Positions 19,415-34,129 of a stretch of DNA of 64,000 bases are shown one piece after another; the first letter of the stretch is position 1, and every line of letters begins with the position of its first letter. The notes below the pieces were generated by a model, which ran no database searches, was not told the origin of the DNA, and worked only from the letters and a program-made list of their open reading frames with translations. The translations under genes and the position numbers were made by a program. The stretch covers positions 320,001 through 384,000 of the forward strand of contig JBMNFY010000008.1 of the NCBI GenBank assembly GCA_050949565.1, read 5' to 3'. Origin of the DNA: Kiritimatiellia bacterium (GTDB taxonomy: Bacteria > Verrucomicrobiota > Kiritimatiellia > RFP12 > UBA1067).

Positions 19415-22400
19415 TCAGCGGACTTATGACCACGAGACCAGTACTGCGGAAGCGCGCCGTCACGACGCCGTTCGCGTCACACACGAACTCCGCCGTCCGA
19501 CTGGCGCCGAGGTTCTCCGCCTTCCACGCCATCCCCGTGAAGGAGGAACCCGCGCCGATCTTCGCGACGACGGCGCTGCCGCCCGACGGGACGGGATCAT
19601 CGCTCGCGCGTCCGAAGTCGGCGACCACCTGCGTAGCCGTGAGATCCGCGAACGTGAGGCCGTCCGTCGCTTCCGCATCGACATCGAGCGTCAAGATGCC
19701 GAACGACCCTGCGAGCGTACCCACGCCGGAGAAACGGCTGGCAGCGTCCGTCGTGCCCGCAACACACTTGACCGTACCTTCAGCGATCTCGAAGCCGCCA
19801 CCGTTCGCGACCTTCACCGTGGATGACGTCAACTCCGAGTAGACGGGTAAATCTTTCACCATCGCCACGTTCAGGTCGTTCGTGAAGACGAGCGTGCCCG
19901 CCCCGGTTTTCGTGAAGCGTCCCGTGCCGCGCAACGGAATCGCAAGGGTATGGGTGACACCCGCCGCTGTGATAAGCTCGCCGCCGCCCGCATCGGCGCG
20001 GAAGCAGGTCGTCGCGGGGTTCACCACCGTCGAGATGCCGTCGTTCAGCGTGAACTGCGCGTAACCGCCGTCAAACGCGACCGCCGCCGCAGTGCTGCCG
20101 TTCTGCGCGAGGAAGCGATGCACCTTCACGCCACCGCCGCTTGCAAGGACCAGATCGCCCGCAGCGTTACCACCCAGATAGAGATTCTGCGGAGTGCCCA
20201 CCTCGATGCGCCCGCCGTCCTCCACGCGCACGTCAAGGTTGCGATCGAAATACACGCCGCCCGCCTGCGTGCTGGTAACGCGGCGCATCAGGCCGCCCTG
20301 ACCGATGCGGATCACCGGCGCCATGCCGCTGGCATTCGGAGCCCTGAACTGCCAAGTGATATCCAGCGTGCTGTTCGTGATCGCGAGCGTTGTCTGCGGC
20401 GTGTCGGTGTTGCCGCTCTGCTTGCTGTAGCCGATGTCGAGTCCATTCGCCGTAAGATGCGCGTTATCGAGGATCAGTTTCGCGGCGGGACACCCCTGCT
20501 TGATCTGCACATCCACCAGCATGTGGTAGCCGCTGCCGCTGCCCACGACATAGGCGACATCTTTCAGATAAAGTTCCGGTGCGACCGTAGTGTTCCAGCC
20601 GCTGCCGCCGAGGGAGCAGTGATGTTCCTGCTTCACGGTGGAGACGTCCTTGCCTTGCCCCTGGACAAGCACCTTGCCGTCCAGCATCGAGAACTGTCCC
20701 ACGCCATCCCAGCTTGTAACCTCACCGTTCGACGGCGCGAACGTGCCGTTCACATCTTGGTTAACACTGCGCCCCTCCGCGCCACGCACGGAGAGGGTGG
20801 TAGTGCCGCTGGGCACATTGAGCGTGAGTGTACCCGCCCCCGTCTTCACGATACCGCCGCCGGCCGTATTTGCGTAACTGACTTTCAGGTCGTCAAACGT
20901 GAGGTCGCCCACGATGTCCAGCACCGCGCAGTATTCTCCCGCGATGCGTAGCGGACGCGTAAGGGACGTCGCCTCGCCCGTATAGCGGAAGGTGCAGTTG
21001 CTGATCGTGATCGCGGACGCGCTGGCGGAGTGCGCGCCGAGCGCCGCCGCCGAGGTAAACGCCGTCACGCCGCGGTTGAACTTCCAGTCGCCGGACATCG
21101 TGACTTTGTTCGTACCGGCCAGCGTGAGCGTGCCGGAACCGTCCTTCACCAGAGTCGAGGAGTTGCGCACGGGCGCGGATACCGTGAGCGAACTGCCCGC
21201 GACCACGGAGACGCCGTCCGCCACATAGAGCGCATCGTCGCCCGAGAGCGTGACGGGAACCGCCGCCTGCACGGCGAGCGAGCCCACTGCACCCACAGCG
21301 TCCATCGTGATCGCGGCGTCCGAAACCACCGTTGCTACGTCGTTGTGCGTAGGCACGCCTGTGGGCGTCCAGTTGCCGGAGAGGCCCCAAACGCCCGTAC
21401 CGGCATTCCAGGTGTACGCGCCGGAGGTCGCCGACGCCACCGTCACGAACAGGGTCCGGCCGTCCCCGCTCTGCGTGAACGTATAGCTTTTGCCCTTCTC
21501 GGGATTGCCCACCACAATCTGCGCGAGCTGATCCGCAGTGAGTGCCGTATCGAGCGCAAGGACCGTGTGCGCATCGTCGAGCGTGTAGTCCGACGGCAGA
21601 TCGATTATCAGAGATCCTGTGAAGGCAATCGAGTCAGCCGTAATGGACGCCGAGGCGTCCAAAAGCACAAGACGTGCGCCCTCGGCGATCTCAAGCGCAT
21701 TACCAAAGCGCGAAGTGCCGTTCGTGAATGCGAGCGCGCCCTGCGCGACGACGGTCCGTGGATGGGAGGAGTTGCGCATCACTGTGAGCGTGCCGAGACC
21801 GGTCTGCGTGAAGGTTGCGGAAGTGGCGCCACTCGCCGCTGTGAAGTCTTGGTCGAGCGTCACATCGAAGTGCTTTGAGTCGAGCGTGAAGCCACGCGCG
21901 CCGAGTGTCGCCACACAACCGCTCATGAACGGGACCGGCGGCTTAGAGATGCCGGAGACGGAGAGCGTGCCGCCATCCGCCGTAAACGTCATCGTCTGCG
22001 AACCGTCCGCAGGCGAGCCGCCGTACACGGCACGCACGGCGAGCAATGCGTTGGAAGAGAGCGAGACGGCAGTGTTGCCCACCACCGCGCTCTTGTTCGT
22101 GAGGGCCGATCCCGTGCCGCCGCGTAACTGCGCGTTGCCGGCGAGGATCAGTTCCGCGCGCGAGGTACCGCCCATCGTCATTTCGATCGACGACTGATTG
22201 CTGAGCGTGACCACGGCGTCGTCCGTTGCCTCAAAGCGGCCGTAGGCGTCATCCGTGTTGGGTGCCAGGCACATCCAGTTGCCGACAACGGGACTGACGG
22301 AAAGCGTGGCGCGGTCCTTGAGCGTCACGTAGGCGCGCGCCTGTTTCGCGTCCCCCATGTACAGCACACCACCGCAGACAACCGCGGCGTCGTCCTGCGC

Positions 22401-23471
22401 CAAAAGATGCCCCACGGCATTCGAGGACGAACCCATATAGAAGCTAGACGCGCCGTCGAAAAGACCGTGGTCCGTCACCGTCACAATACCGGTGGAACAC
22501 TGCGTGTTACCGAAATAGACGCTATTATGCGAATAGAAGGATGCGTTCTCACGAACGTCGATGCGCCCCTCGTTGCGCAGGTTCACAGCGCTCATATTGC
22601 CCGCACCGAGCCTAACGCCGTTCGTAACCTCCATGCGCGCCGTGCATGTGAGGTCCAGCAGTCCGATCGACTGCCCCAACCCGATGGCGGACCGGTTCCC
22701 AAGGAAAAGTCCGCCCCACGAAACGACCACCGCGTCATTCGTGACATGCACCCAAGTGGGGCCGGCGTTTGCATTCTGATCTTTGAGGTAGATGCCATTG
22801 AGCGAGTGGCGTCCACCCAGAAACGTGGTGTGCGTAACGGCATTACCACGCTGCTGGATTTCGGCGGAGCCGTTGAGCGTCGCCTCTGGATGGATGTTAA
22901 AATATACCTCGCCGCCGTTCGAACCGAGGTAGAGCGGCCTGGCCATGTCGAGCGTTCCGCTCCAGAGGTCGAACTTCTGCTTCGATATGCCCGTCGATTC
23001 CCAGGTAAAAAGGGCGTCGTCAAAACGCCAGACGCGGACTGTGTTTGACACCGTAGAGAGACCTTCGAAATTAAAGATGTGCGTACCCGTGAGGTTCTGA
23101 CAGAACGGCACGCCCCACCACTCGGTGACGGATTTCAAGCCCTTCTTCTCCCAATAGGTGCCGCGCGTGTCGAGTGTGAGCGTGTGCGTACCATTGCCCG
23201 TGCCGAGAAAGATCGTGCCGGAGTTCTCGACGAGACCCTCCGGCGGCGCCTTGATCGTCACGTCGTTCGCTTGGAAGTTGATATAGCCGTATTTCCCGTC
23301 GATGCCGTTTGCCGGCACCTCGCCGCCCGTCCAGTTTGCGGCATCATTGTAAAAGCCCTCCGTCACGGAGGAAAGCCACTGCACGCGGTGCGCCGCATCG
23401 ACCCTCTCTACTTGCGCAAGAACCGCAGAACACACCATGCACACGCATGCGAAAATCATCGTCTTTTTCAT
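19415..23471 (-). CDS. Large secreted beta-helix protein with passenger-associated (PATR-like) repeats and no beta-barrel; the +1 base at 19424 removes its stop
   Basis: Signal peptide; repeats LVKDGSGTLTL, IVKTGAGTLTL, FTKTGAGTLVF; WxxxxNW motifs; deleting one base gives ...STGLVVIVR-TGA at 19415. Confidence 0.8.
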
Positions 23472-23539
23472 ATTCGACCCCTTTCTTGTCCCGTCCCCAG
23501 TTCAGATACCTGCATATTGTACGCATCTCTGTACCTACC

Positions 23540-24981
23540 AAGGAGTTTCCCCAAAAAATCTGGTCATTCCAGAAAGACCAGTCCGAGCGGGTTTGATTCG
23601 GGGTCTGGCGGCTTGTAGCCGTACCATTTCCCGTGGCGCGTGAAGAGCCTCCCGAGGCCGTCGGCGACGGCGTAGTGGAGGAACTCGGCCACGCCGTAGA
23701 TGCGCTTGGCGGCGTGGGTGATGTTGGTCGTCAGGATCTCGCAGCGCAGCCGTCCGGCCAGCCAGACGCAGTTGAAGTAGATGACGGCCAGCAGCAGAGC
23801 GACCATGTTTTTCAGGCGCCGGTACGTCAGGACCCGGACGTCCTCGAGGTTGTAGCTCTGCTTGACGAAGCGGATCGCGTCCTCGACGCGCCACCGCGTC
23901 AGATAGCCCTCGACGACCTGCCACAGGGACTTGCGCGACGTCGTCCCGGCCAGCGTGGTCAGCAGGAGCATCGGCCGCTCGCCGAACCCCTTCACCACGA
24001 CCATGCGCAGGGGCTTGTCGGGCCTCTGCGGCAGGGCGACGGTCATGGCGCCGAACTCCAGCTTATAGCTTTTCACCCCGTCCCCCGTCTCCCTCGTGAC
24101 GATCTCGATGTGCTTCATGGGGCAGGATGCCGCCAGTTCTTCGGCCAGCGCGGTCCGCCGGCCGTGGAGCAGGTTGCGGTTGCCCACGAGGCGCACGATG
24201 TAGTCCAGTTTGCGCCGGTCCAGGCCGTCGAACAGCCAGTCTCCGTCGCCTCCGCGGTCGATGACGTAGATGCCGCGCTTCTTCGCGCGGGAGCTGATCT
24301 GGTCGATGACGCCGAGCACCTCGTCGTTCTGGCTGATGAAGCCCTCCGCCTCGCTCGACCACAGCCGCATGTGCAACGGCGTGATCCGGCGGCCGCCGCT
24401 CTCGCAGGCGACCGCCAGGCAGGCGCTGTATCCGTTGCCGATCTCCCCCGTGCTCCCGTCCCGGACGCGGGCGAGATATTCCATCTTCTTCGCGTACAGC
24501 TTACGGATGTCGGTCGGGTCGATGACGATCAGCGTGTCCTGATGGACGTGACGCGAGCCCAGACGGGCGACAGCGTCGGAAATCCCCTGCTCGATGCCCT
24601 CGCTCCCGAGCATCCGGCTCAGCCTGTCCTCCAGTTTCTTCATCGATATCGGCTCGTCGAGCGCGCGGGCGATCCGGCTGAGCTTCACGTCCTGCGACGC
24701 CTGTATCCCGTAGACCATGTCGCCCACGAACTTGCCGAGCGGCTTGGAAAACCGGGGGGAAAGTTCCCCCAAAAAATTCTTGAGTTGCTCTCGCGCTTTG
24801 AACGCCGTTGCGCTATGATTCATGTCGGTTTTCCTTTCCGGTTTTTGGTTGAACCGCCATTTTGGCAGAACCGGCGGAGGAAAACCACTTTTTCACTTTC
24901 AGGCACGCCCGTCAGAGACGCATCCCCTTTGTTTTCAAGGACTTAGATATAATTGCCCCCGATTTTTTGGGGAAAGTCCTT
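23540..24981 (-). mobile_element. IS4-like insertion sequence, 1442 bp
   Basis: 21-bp terminal inverted repeats AAGGAGTTTCCCCAAAAAATC / AAGGACTTTCCCCAAAAAATC (20/21); 10-bp direct duplication TGTACCTACC at 23530-23539 and 24982-24991. Confidence 0.93.
23564..24823 (-). CDS. DDE transposase (IS4-like)
   Basis: IVIDPTD, VIDRGGD and YLTRWRVEDAIRFVK (YREK signature). Confidence 0.93.
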   Translation of the reverse strand: MNHSATAFKAREQLKNFLGELSPRFSKPLGKFVGDMVYGIQASQDVKLSRIARALDEPISMKKLEDRLSRMLGSEGIEQGISDAVARLGSRHVHQDTLIVIDPTDIRKLYAKKMEYLARVRDGSTGEIGNGYSACLAVACESGGRRITPLHMRLWSSEAEGFISQNDEVLGVIDQISSRAKKRGIYVIDRGGDGDWLFDGLDRRKLDYIVRLVGNRNLLHGRRTALAEELAASCPMKHIEIVTRETGDGVKSYKLEFGAMTVALPQRPDKPLRMVVVKGFGERPMLLLTTLAGTTSRKSLWQVVEGYLTRWRVEDAIRFVKQSYNLEDVRVLTYRRLKNMVALLLAVIYFNCVWLAGRLRCEILTTNITHAAKRIYGVAEFLHYAVADGLGRLFTRHGKWYGYKPPDPESNPLGLVFLE

Positions 24982-25012
24982 TGTACCTACCGTCAACGCC
25001 GCTTTTTCAGCG

Positions 25013-25300
25013 TAATCGGTTAGTGACAGGGGCATGCGAGTTGAGTGCGTGGTTTGTGCCCATTTTGGTACTCACGAGTCAGGCGAAAATACCAGTGCGG
25101 CGGCAAGCGGTATTCCGCGCGACGCCGCTTTTTAAGCACAAGTGCGGTGGCAGGGTGGCGCGCAAAAGCGGTGCAGCGACCCGCGCGCAGCGCGGCTCTT
25201 GTCATCGCACTCCAAATTTTCCGCCGCGCCACGCGCGGCACAACCTTTATGCGCCCGCGCAGCGGGAAATCACGTCAATCTTGTCAATCATGTCTAAAAA
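25013..25300. repeat. Composite repeat region (boundary motif, two REP-like elements, GACATGATT module)
   Basis: TAATCGGTTAGTGACAGGG identical to 57148-57166; 25165-25300 is an inverted and rearranged copy of 53911-54055. Confidence 0.8.
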
Positions 25301-25517
25301 CGCACCCCCTTTTCGTCAGGAACGCATGGTCTTCGCACTCCCCCGTCACCAACCAAACACTGAAGGGGTGACTCCGTCCCTGTTAATCTTGTATAATGCG
25401 GGCAACAACAGAAAACGAAGGAAGCTGCCGCGATGAATGTCGGCTGATGCGCACTGACGACTCACCAGCGATCGGCGCGGCGATGGCAGGTGTTTGAGGG
25501 TGTGACTGCTAAGAGGT

Positions 25518-26888
25518 ATGAGTGTATCCATGCGTAGAATGATTTTGGCCATAATGGTGTCCGTCTGCGCGGCGGCAGCAGCGCGGTCGGAAGTTGTGGA
25601 CCTAGGCGAGGTTTTCAGCAAGGCAGAGAGCTGGACGCTCGGCGCTGAAACTTTTTTGGGTGACTACCAGAAGTTCGGATTCCGTTTCCTTGACGACAAA
25701 GGCAGCGCGATGTCGTCCGACAAAGAATCGTTACAATTCTTAGGCCAACCGGTTTTCGAAGCGCGCGTCTACTTCACGGCATCATCGCTGCGCCGGATTG
25801 AGCTTTCAGTCTACAACAAGGGTGATGCTGGCGTAAGAGACCGCGAGGCTTTTGACGCACTGGCGGAGAAGACTAAGGCGGACATAAGCGGCCACTTGCA
25901 GGACAACGGGATGGCCGGCAAGACGACCAGCGAGCGCGCTAATTACGTGGTCAAGCGTCACCAATGGGTCAAACGCACGCCGGGCGTGCAACTGGAGTGG
26001 GCTTATGTCGAGCCGCACCGTTCGCGCGGTGAAAGCGTAGCGTACAATGCCGAGTACATCAAGGTGGTGATGGTGCCGCTCAAAAAAGGCGGAAGTCCGA
26101 TGACCGCGATCACGGGGGGAATGCAGGCGAACCGTGCGAAGAGCGGCAGAGTCATAAAGGAAAATGTGCAACGCAATGAAGATGGGGATGTCTGGATCGA
26201 AAACGTACCGATGGTCGACCAAGGCCAGAAGGGTTACTGCGCGGCGGCTGCATCGGAACGTATACTGCGCTATTACGGGTTGGCGGTAGACCAGCACCAG
26301 ATCGCCCAACTCGCAGAGACTGCGGCGGAGGGTGGCACCACGATCGAGGGCATGGCCGTAGCCGTGGGCAAGATCGGCCGACAATTCCAGTTGGACAAAC
26401 GTGATCTGATCTTGATCGATTCAAAGGGCAGTTTCGAACGCAGCGAACACATGAAACAGCTTGATCGGTATAACGCTACGGCAAAGAAAAAAAAGGCGAC
26501 CGTGATAGACTGGAAGGAGTTTACGACCGACAATGTGGTGGACCTGCAGGCGATTTGGCAAGCGATGGACCCCGAGATCCTTCTGACGGCCAAGAGCACG
26601 GAGCGGCAGGACATGAACAAGTTTATGCGAAACATCAAGACCTATACCGAACAGGGGGTACCGTTGTTGTGGTCGTGCCTGGTGGGTATGTATCCGGAAG
26701 AGCCGGAACTAGGTCAGCCCGGTATTTTCGGTCATGTACGCCTAATCATCGGCTATAACGAAAAAAACAACACGTTGCTTTATTCGGATTCATGGGGGCC
26801 GCGCCATGCCTTGAAGCGTCTGCCTTTTGATCAGGCGTGGGCAATGACCAAGGGGCTGATCGTTCTAAAACCAAGAGATGTGAGGTAA
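25518..26888 (+). CDS. Secreted C39-like (papain-fold) cysteine peptidase
   Basis: Signal peptide; VPMVDQGQKGYCAAA (Q...C), GHVRLIIGYN (H), YSDSWG (D). Confidence 0.75.
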   Translation: MSVSMRRMILAIMVSVCAAAAARSEVVDLGEVFSKAESWTLGAETFLGDYQKFGFRFLDDKGSAMSSDKESLQFLGQPVFEARVYFTASSLRRIELSVYNKGDAGVRDREAFDALAEKTKADISGHLQDNGMAGKTTSERANYVVKRHQWVKRTPGVQLEWAYVEPHRSRGESVAYNAEYIKVVMVPLKKGGSPMTAITGGMQANRAKSGRVIKENVQRNEDGDVWIENVPMVDQGQKGYCAAAASERILRYYGLAVDQHQIAQLAETAAEGGTTIEGMAVAVGKIGRQFQLDKRDLILIDSKGSFERSEHMKQLDRYNATAKKKKATVIDWKEFTTDNVVDLQAIWQAMDPEILLTAKSTERQDMNKFMRNIKTYTEQGVPLLWSCLVGMYPEEPELGQPGIFGHVRLIIGYNEKNNTLLYSDSWGPRHALKRLPFDQAWAMTKGLIVLKPRDVR

Positions 26889-26898
26889 CGCAAAAGAA

Positions 26899-28578
26899 AT
26901 GAACGCAAAACAAGCCACACCGCATACCCTTACGGGAATTTTGGTTGACCCTGTCCAGAAAACCAGTTTCGGTGCCCGTCTGACCCTTTCGAAGCAAGGT
27001 ACGATCGCCGCAATCGAGCACGAGCCTGATCCCGATCCCGGCTATATCTTGCCCGGCTTTGTCGACGCGCATGTCCACATCGAAAGCTCGATGCTCACCC
27101 CCGCCGCCTTTGCACGCGCGGCCGTAACGCACGGCACGCTCGCCGCCGTGGCCGATCCCCACGAAATCGCCAACGTGCTAGGCGAGCGCGGTGTGATGCT
27201 GATGCTCGAACTCGCCAGCCAAACACCGTTCGTCTTCGGCTTTGGTGTCCCCTCCTGTGTACCGGCCACTCCCTTCGAAAGTGCTGGCGCGGAACTGGGG
27301 CCCGAGGCGGTTGCGCGCCTGCTCGATCTGCCCGGCATCACGCACCTTGCCGAGATGATGGACGTGCCCGGTGTGCTCAAAAATGATCCCGCCGTCCGCG
27401 CCAAACTTGATGCTGCGCACCAGCGCGGCCTGCCCGTCGACGGGCACGCACCCGGTCTCCGCGATAACGCCATGCGCGCCTATGCTGCAGCCGGCATCAC
27501 GACCGATCACGAGAGCCTCTCCTTCGAAGAGGCGCGTGAGAAACTCAAGGCCGGTATCAAGCTTCTGGTTCGCTACGGTTCGGCCGCGCGCCGCTTCGAG
27601 TCCTTCCTGCCGCTGTTGCCGCGCTTCCCGGACCTCTGCATGCTGTGCAGCGATGACAAGCATCCGGACGACCTGTTGCGCGACCATATCAACTTTATCG
27701 CGGCCACCGCCTTCCGGCAGGGGCTCGCCCTTCAGACCATCCTGCAGGCGGCTTGCGTCAACCCCGTGCGCCACTACCGTCTCCCGCTCGGTCTGCTTCA
27801 ACTCGGCGACAGCGCGGACTTTCAAATCGTCGACGACCTGCGCACCTTCCAACCGCGCGAAGTTTGGTTGCGTGGGCAATGTGTCGCCCGCGATGGCGTC
27901 TCGTTCCTGCCCGCTGGTGAGCCGCGCGTCGAAAACAATTTCGCGGCACGCCCTATCAATGTCGACGCACTGCGCATCCCGGATCAGCCCGGGTGCCGTG
28001 TGCGGGTCATTGGCGTTCGCGACGGCGAAGTCACCACCGCCCACCTGCTGGAGACGCCCAGCGTGGATCAGGGCGCAGTCGTCGCCGATCCCGGACGCGA
28101 CCTTGCAAAGCTCGTTGTCTGCAACCGTTACGTCCCCGCCGCTCCTGCGATCGGCTTGGTCAAGGGGTTCGGTTTGCGGCGTGGTGCGCTCGCCACCAGT
28201 GTCGCGCACGACTCGCACCATGTGATTGCGATCGGTGCCTCGGACGATGCCTTGGCAGCCGCGATCAACGAGGTGGTTCACCACAGCGGCGGCCTGGCTG
28301 TGGCCGACAGCAACCGTAAAATCCTCACCTCCCTGCCGCTGCCGCTGGCTGGCCTGATCTCCACCGAGCCTGCCGAACAGGTGGCCAGGGCGTATTCGGA
28401 TTGTGACCGCCTCGCGAAGATTTTAGGTTCGCCACTCGCGGCGCCTTTCATGACGCTCTCCTTCCTCTCGCTCTCGGTCATCCCCAGCCTGAAGCTCACG
28501 GACAAAGGACTTTTCGACGGAGAAGCCTTCCGTCATGTTTCTCTTTTCGAGGAGAAACATGACGAATTTAGGAGTTAG
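26899..28578 (+). CDS. ade: Adenine deaminase
   Basis: PGFVDAHVHIESSM, DPHEIANV, DGHAP, TDHE, SDDKHP, SVAHDSHH, PFMTLSFLSLSVIPSLKLTDKGLFD. Confidence 0.95.
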   Translation: MNAKQATPHTLTGILVDPVQKTSFGARLTLSKQGTIAAIEHEPDPDPGYILPGFVDAHVHIESSMLTPAAFARAAVTHGTLAAVADPHEIANVLGERGVMLMLELASQTPFVFGFGVPSCVPATPFESAGAELGPEAVARLLDLPGITHLAEMMDVPGVLKNDPAVRAKLDAAHQRGLPVDGHAPGLRDNAMRAYAAAGITTDHESLSFEEAREKLKAGIKLLVRYGSAARRFESFLPLLPRFPDLCMLCSDDKHPDDLLRDHINFIAATAFRQGLALQTILQAACVNPVRHYRLPLGLLQLGDSADFQIVDDLRTFQPREVWLRGQCVARDGVSFLPAGEPRVENNFAARPINVDALRIPDQPGCRVRVIGVRDGEVTTAHLLETPSVDQGAVVADPGRDLAKLVVCNRYVPAAPAIGLVKGFGLRRGALATSVAHDSHHVIAIGASDDALAAAINEVVHHSGGLAVADSNRKILTSLPLPLAGLISTEPAEQVARAYSDCDRLAKILGSPLAAPFMTLSFLSLSVIPSLKLTDKGLFDGEAFRHVSLFEEKHDEFRS

Positions 28579-28595
28579 GATTTAGGAATTAGGAG
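28568..28595. repeat. Heptamer tandem repeat TTAGGA(G/T/A) x4
   Basis: ttaggag ttaggat ttaggaa ttaggag; supplies the ade stop codon. Confidence 0.9.
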
Positions 28596-28664
28596 TTTTT
28601 TATCCCAATCGGGATCGCTATCGGTATCGAAACTCGTAACAAAGCCTATAAGAAAGGTTCAAGC

Positions 28665-30323
28665 ATGAGACAGATAGACCCTTATGAACCCTGCATGTGC
28701 GGCAGCGGCAAAAAATATAAATTTTGCTGCTACCAAAAAAAGAACGATGCGGCCGCCCCTTCAACGGCGGGTCTTAGCAGTTCCGCGCACACCAAAGACG
28801 TTTTCGCTGATTTGTTTGCCGCAGATGAGGACAAATGCCTTGAGAGCTTTGATCTGAACCAAAAAGGGCTGCAACTGATGCGCAGCGGGGATCTGGAAGA
28901 GGGCCTGCCTTATTTTCGCAAAGCGATAGCTACAATGCCGCAGATCTATACCGCCTCAAACAATCTCGCACTGTGCCTTCTGGTATTGGGCAGGCTGGAT
29001 GAAGCCATACAGGTACAAAAAGAGGGCCTGATGGCCTCGCCCTTCCCCAACCCTTTCGGTCTGGCTAACATGGCCACTTTCCTGTATATCAGCGGCGACG
29101 AGATCGGTTGCCAACGCAATATCGATGAAGCGGTGAAGCTCAAGATGCCGAGCAGCGATGCCTGTGTCAAGGTCTGCGAAGTCCTCGCACGCTTGCGCCG
29201 CCACCAAGACATCATCGACTTGGTTGACCGGTGCGAGTTTGACGATAATCCGAACATGTTCTTCTATTCGGGTGTGGCCGCCGCCAACCTTGGTGCTTTC
29301 GAACGTGCCCAAAGGGATTTACGCCGTGTGGGTATCGGCTTCCCTAAATCTGGCGTCGTGCGCCGCTACCTGCAGCATATCAAAGAAAAGACACCGCCGC
29401 ACACCGTTCGCGGCGATTGGCCTTATGTGTCTTCCATTCATGAAGTATGCCCGGCATCCCTTTTTTCTGCCGGCATGCGTACAGACCCCGACAGTTGGGT
29501 GGATCGCCGTGTGGCCGTGGATTTCTGCGAAACGTTTCTGAACGAATCAGTAGCGGATTGGGAGGAGATCGTCGCGCTAATATCCACCATCAAACATCCT
29601 GAGGCCGTCAATCTGCTCTGGCTGATCGCCAAGGGACGTTTCGGCCCGGACGAATTGCGCATCAGAGCGGCGACAGAATTGTCAACCCGCGATGAGTTGG
29701 CTAAAGATCAGAAAATTGAAATGTTTCTTAAGGGCAGGACTACGGAAGTTGCGCTAGGCGGCATACAGATCAACCCCGACTTCCGGTTCGGAAACCCATT
29801 GCCTGAGAAGTTGGACAAAAAATACGAAAAGGCCGTCCTCGCAAGCGAAAAGGGCAACGCTGATTGGGAAAAGATCGAGCAAGTTTTTTTGGAGATTTTA
29901 AATGAGGAGCCCGATTATTATCCGGCGCGTTACAATTATGTGATCGCTCTGCTGAGGCAAAATAAAAACAATGAAGCGTTGCCAATTTTGCGTGACCTTG
30001 TCGCAAAATATCCCGATTACCTTTTTGCGCGCGCCACGCTCCTGCAACTGTTGTTGCTGTTAAATCTTGATGATGAAGCCGACGAGCTGGCCCAATCGAC
30101 GACGTTGCCGCAAGAAACGCACCCCGCCGCCTTTGCCACATGGATGGTCGCGCAAACCGTTTACCATGAGGACGCCGAGCGTTATGACGAGGCCTACTCA
30201 TGTATACGTGCCGCGCATGAGTGCGCGCCGCAACTGACGTCTGTCAAACGCTTGTGGGAAGCCTACAAGGACTGGGACGAGGACGAAGACGAGGACTGGG
30301 AAGAAGACGAGGATGAGTTGTAA
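28665..30323 (+). CDS. SEC-C motif and TPR-repeat protein
   Basis: N-terminal PYEPCMCGSGKKYKFCC; TPR-like helices; acidic tail. Confidence 0.85.
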   Translation: MRQIDPYEPCMCGSGKKYKFCCYQKKNDAAAPSTAGLSSSAHTKDVFADLFAADEDKCLESFDLNQKGLQLMRSGDLEEGLPYFRKAIATMPQIYTASNNLALCLLVLGRLDEAIQVQKEGLMASPFPNPFGLANMATFLYISGDEIGCQRNIDEAVKLKMPSSDACVKVCEVLARLRRHQDIIDLVDRCEFDDNPNMFFYSGVAAANLGAFERAQRDLRRVGIGFPKSGVVRRYLQHIKEKTPPHTVRGDWPYVSSIHEVCPASLFSAGMRTDPDSWVDRRVAVDFCETFLNESVADWEEIVALISTIKHPEAVNLLWLIAKGRFGPDELRIRAATELSTRDELAKDQKIEMFLKGRTTEVALGGIQINPDFRFGNPLPEKLDKKYEKAVLASEKGNADWEKIEQVFLEILNEEPDYYPARYNYVIALLRQNKNNEALPILRDLVAKYPDYLFARATLLQLLLLLNLDDEADELAQSTTLPQETHPAAFATWMVAQTVYHEDAERYDEAYSCIRAAHECAPQLTSVKRLWEAYKDWDEDEDEDWEEDEDEL

Positions 30324-30426
30324 GAGCGATAGAATCGACTGAATCGACAGAATCGAATGATTCGAATCTTTCGGTTCCATCGATTCCCTCGACCACTTCT
30401 CACCTCTCACCTATTACCTATTACCT

Positions 30427-30471
30427 AAAAAAAACGGGCGCCGGCGACTCCTCGCCGGCGCCCGCTTTTTT
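30427..30471. terminator. Bidirectional intrinsic terminator
   Basis: A8-CGGGCGCCGGCGA-ctcc-TCGCCGGCGCCCG-cT6 between convergent genes. Confidence 0.88.
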
Positions 30472-30482
30472 AGATGTGACGC

Positions 30483-34061
<3,579 letters not shown>

Positions 34062-34129
34062 AGTGTGTGTTTCTCCTTAAAAGCGATGCGGGCGCGTCCG
34101 CTTGCCGAACGCGCCACACGGGGGGGGGG

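Noticed and set aside
18753-23471. 1572-aa ORF as one native autotransporter-ankyrin protein
   Set aside because: A single extra base at 19424 explains the fusion; the tail has its own ATG and leader; there is no beta-barrel
23633-24946. 437-aa ORF inside the IS
   Set aside because: Antisense to the transposase; expected in high-GC3 sequence
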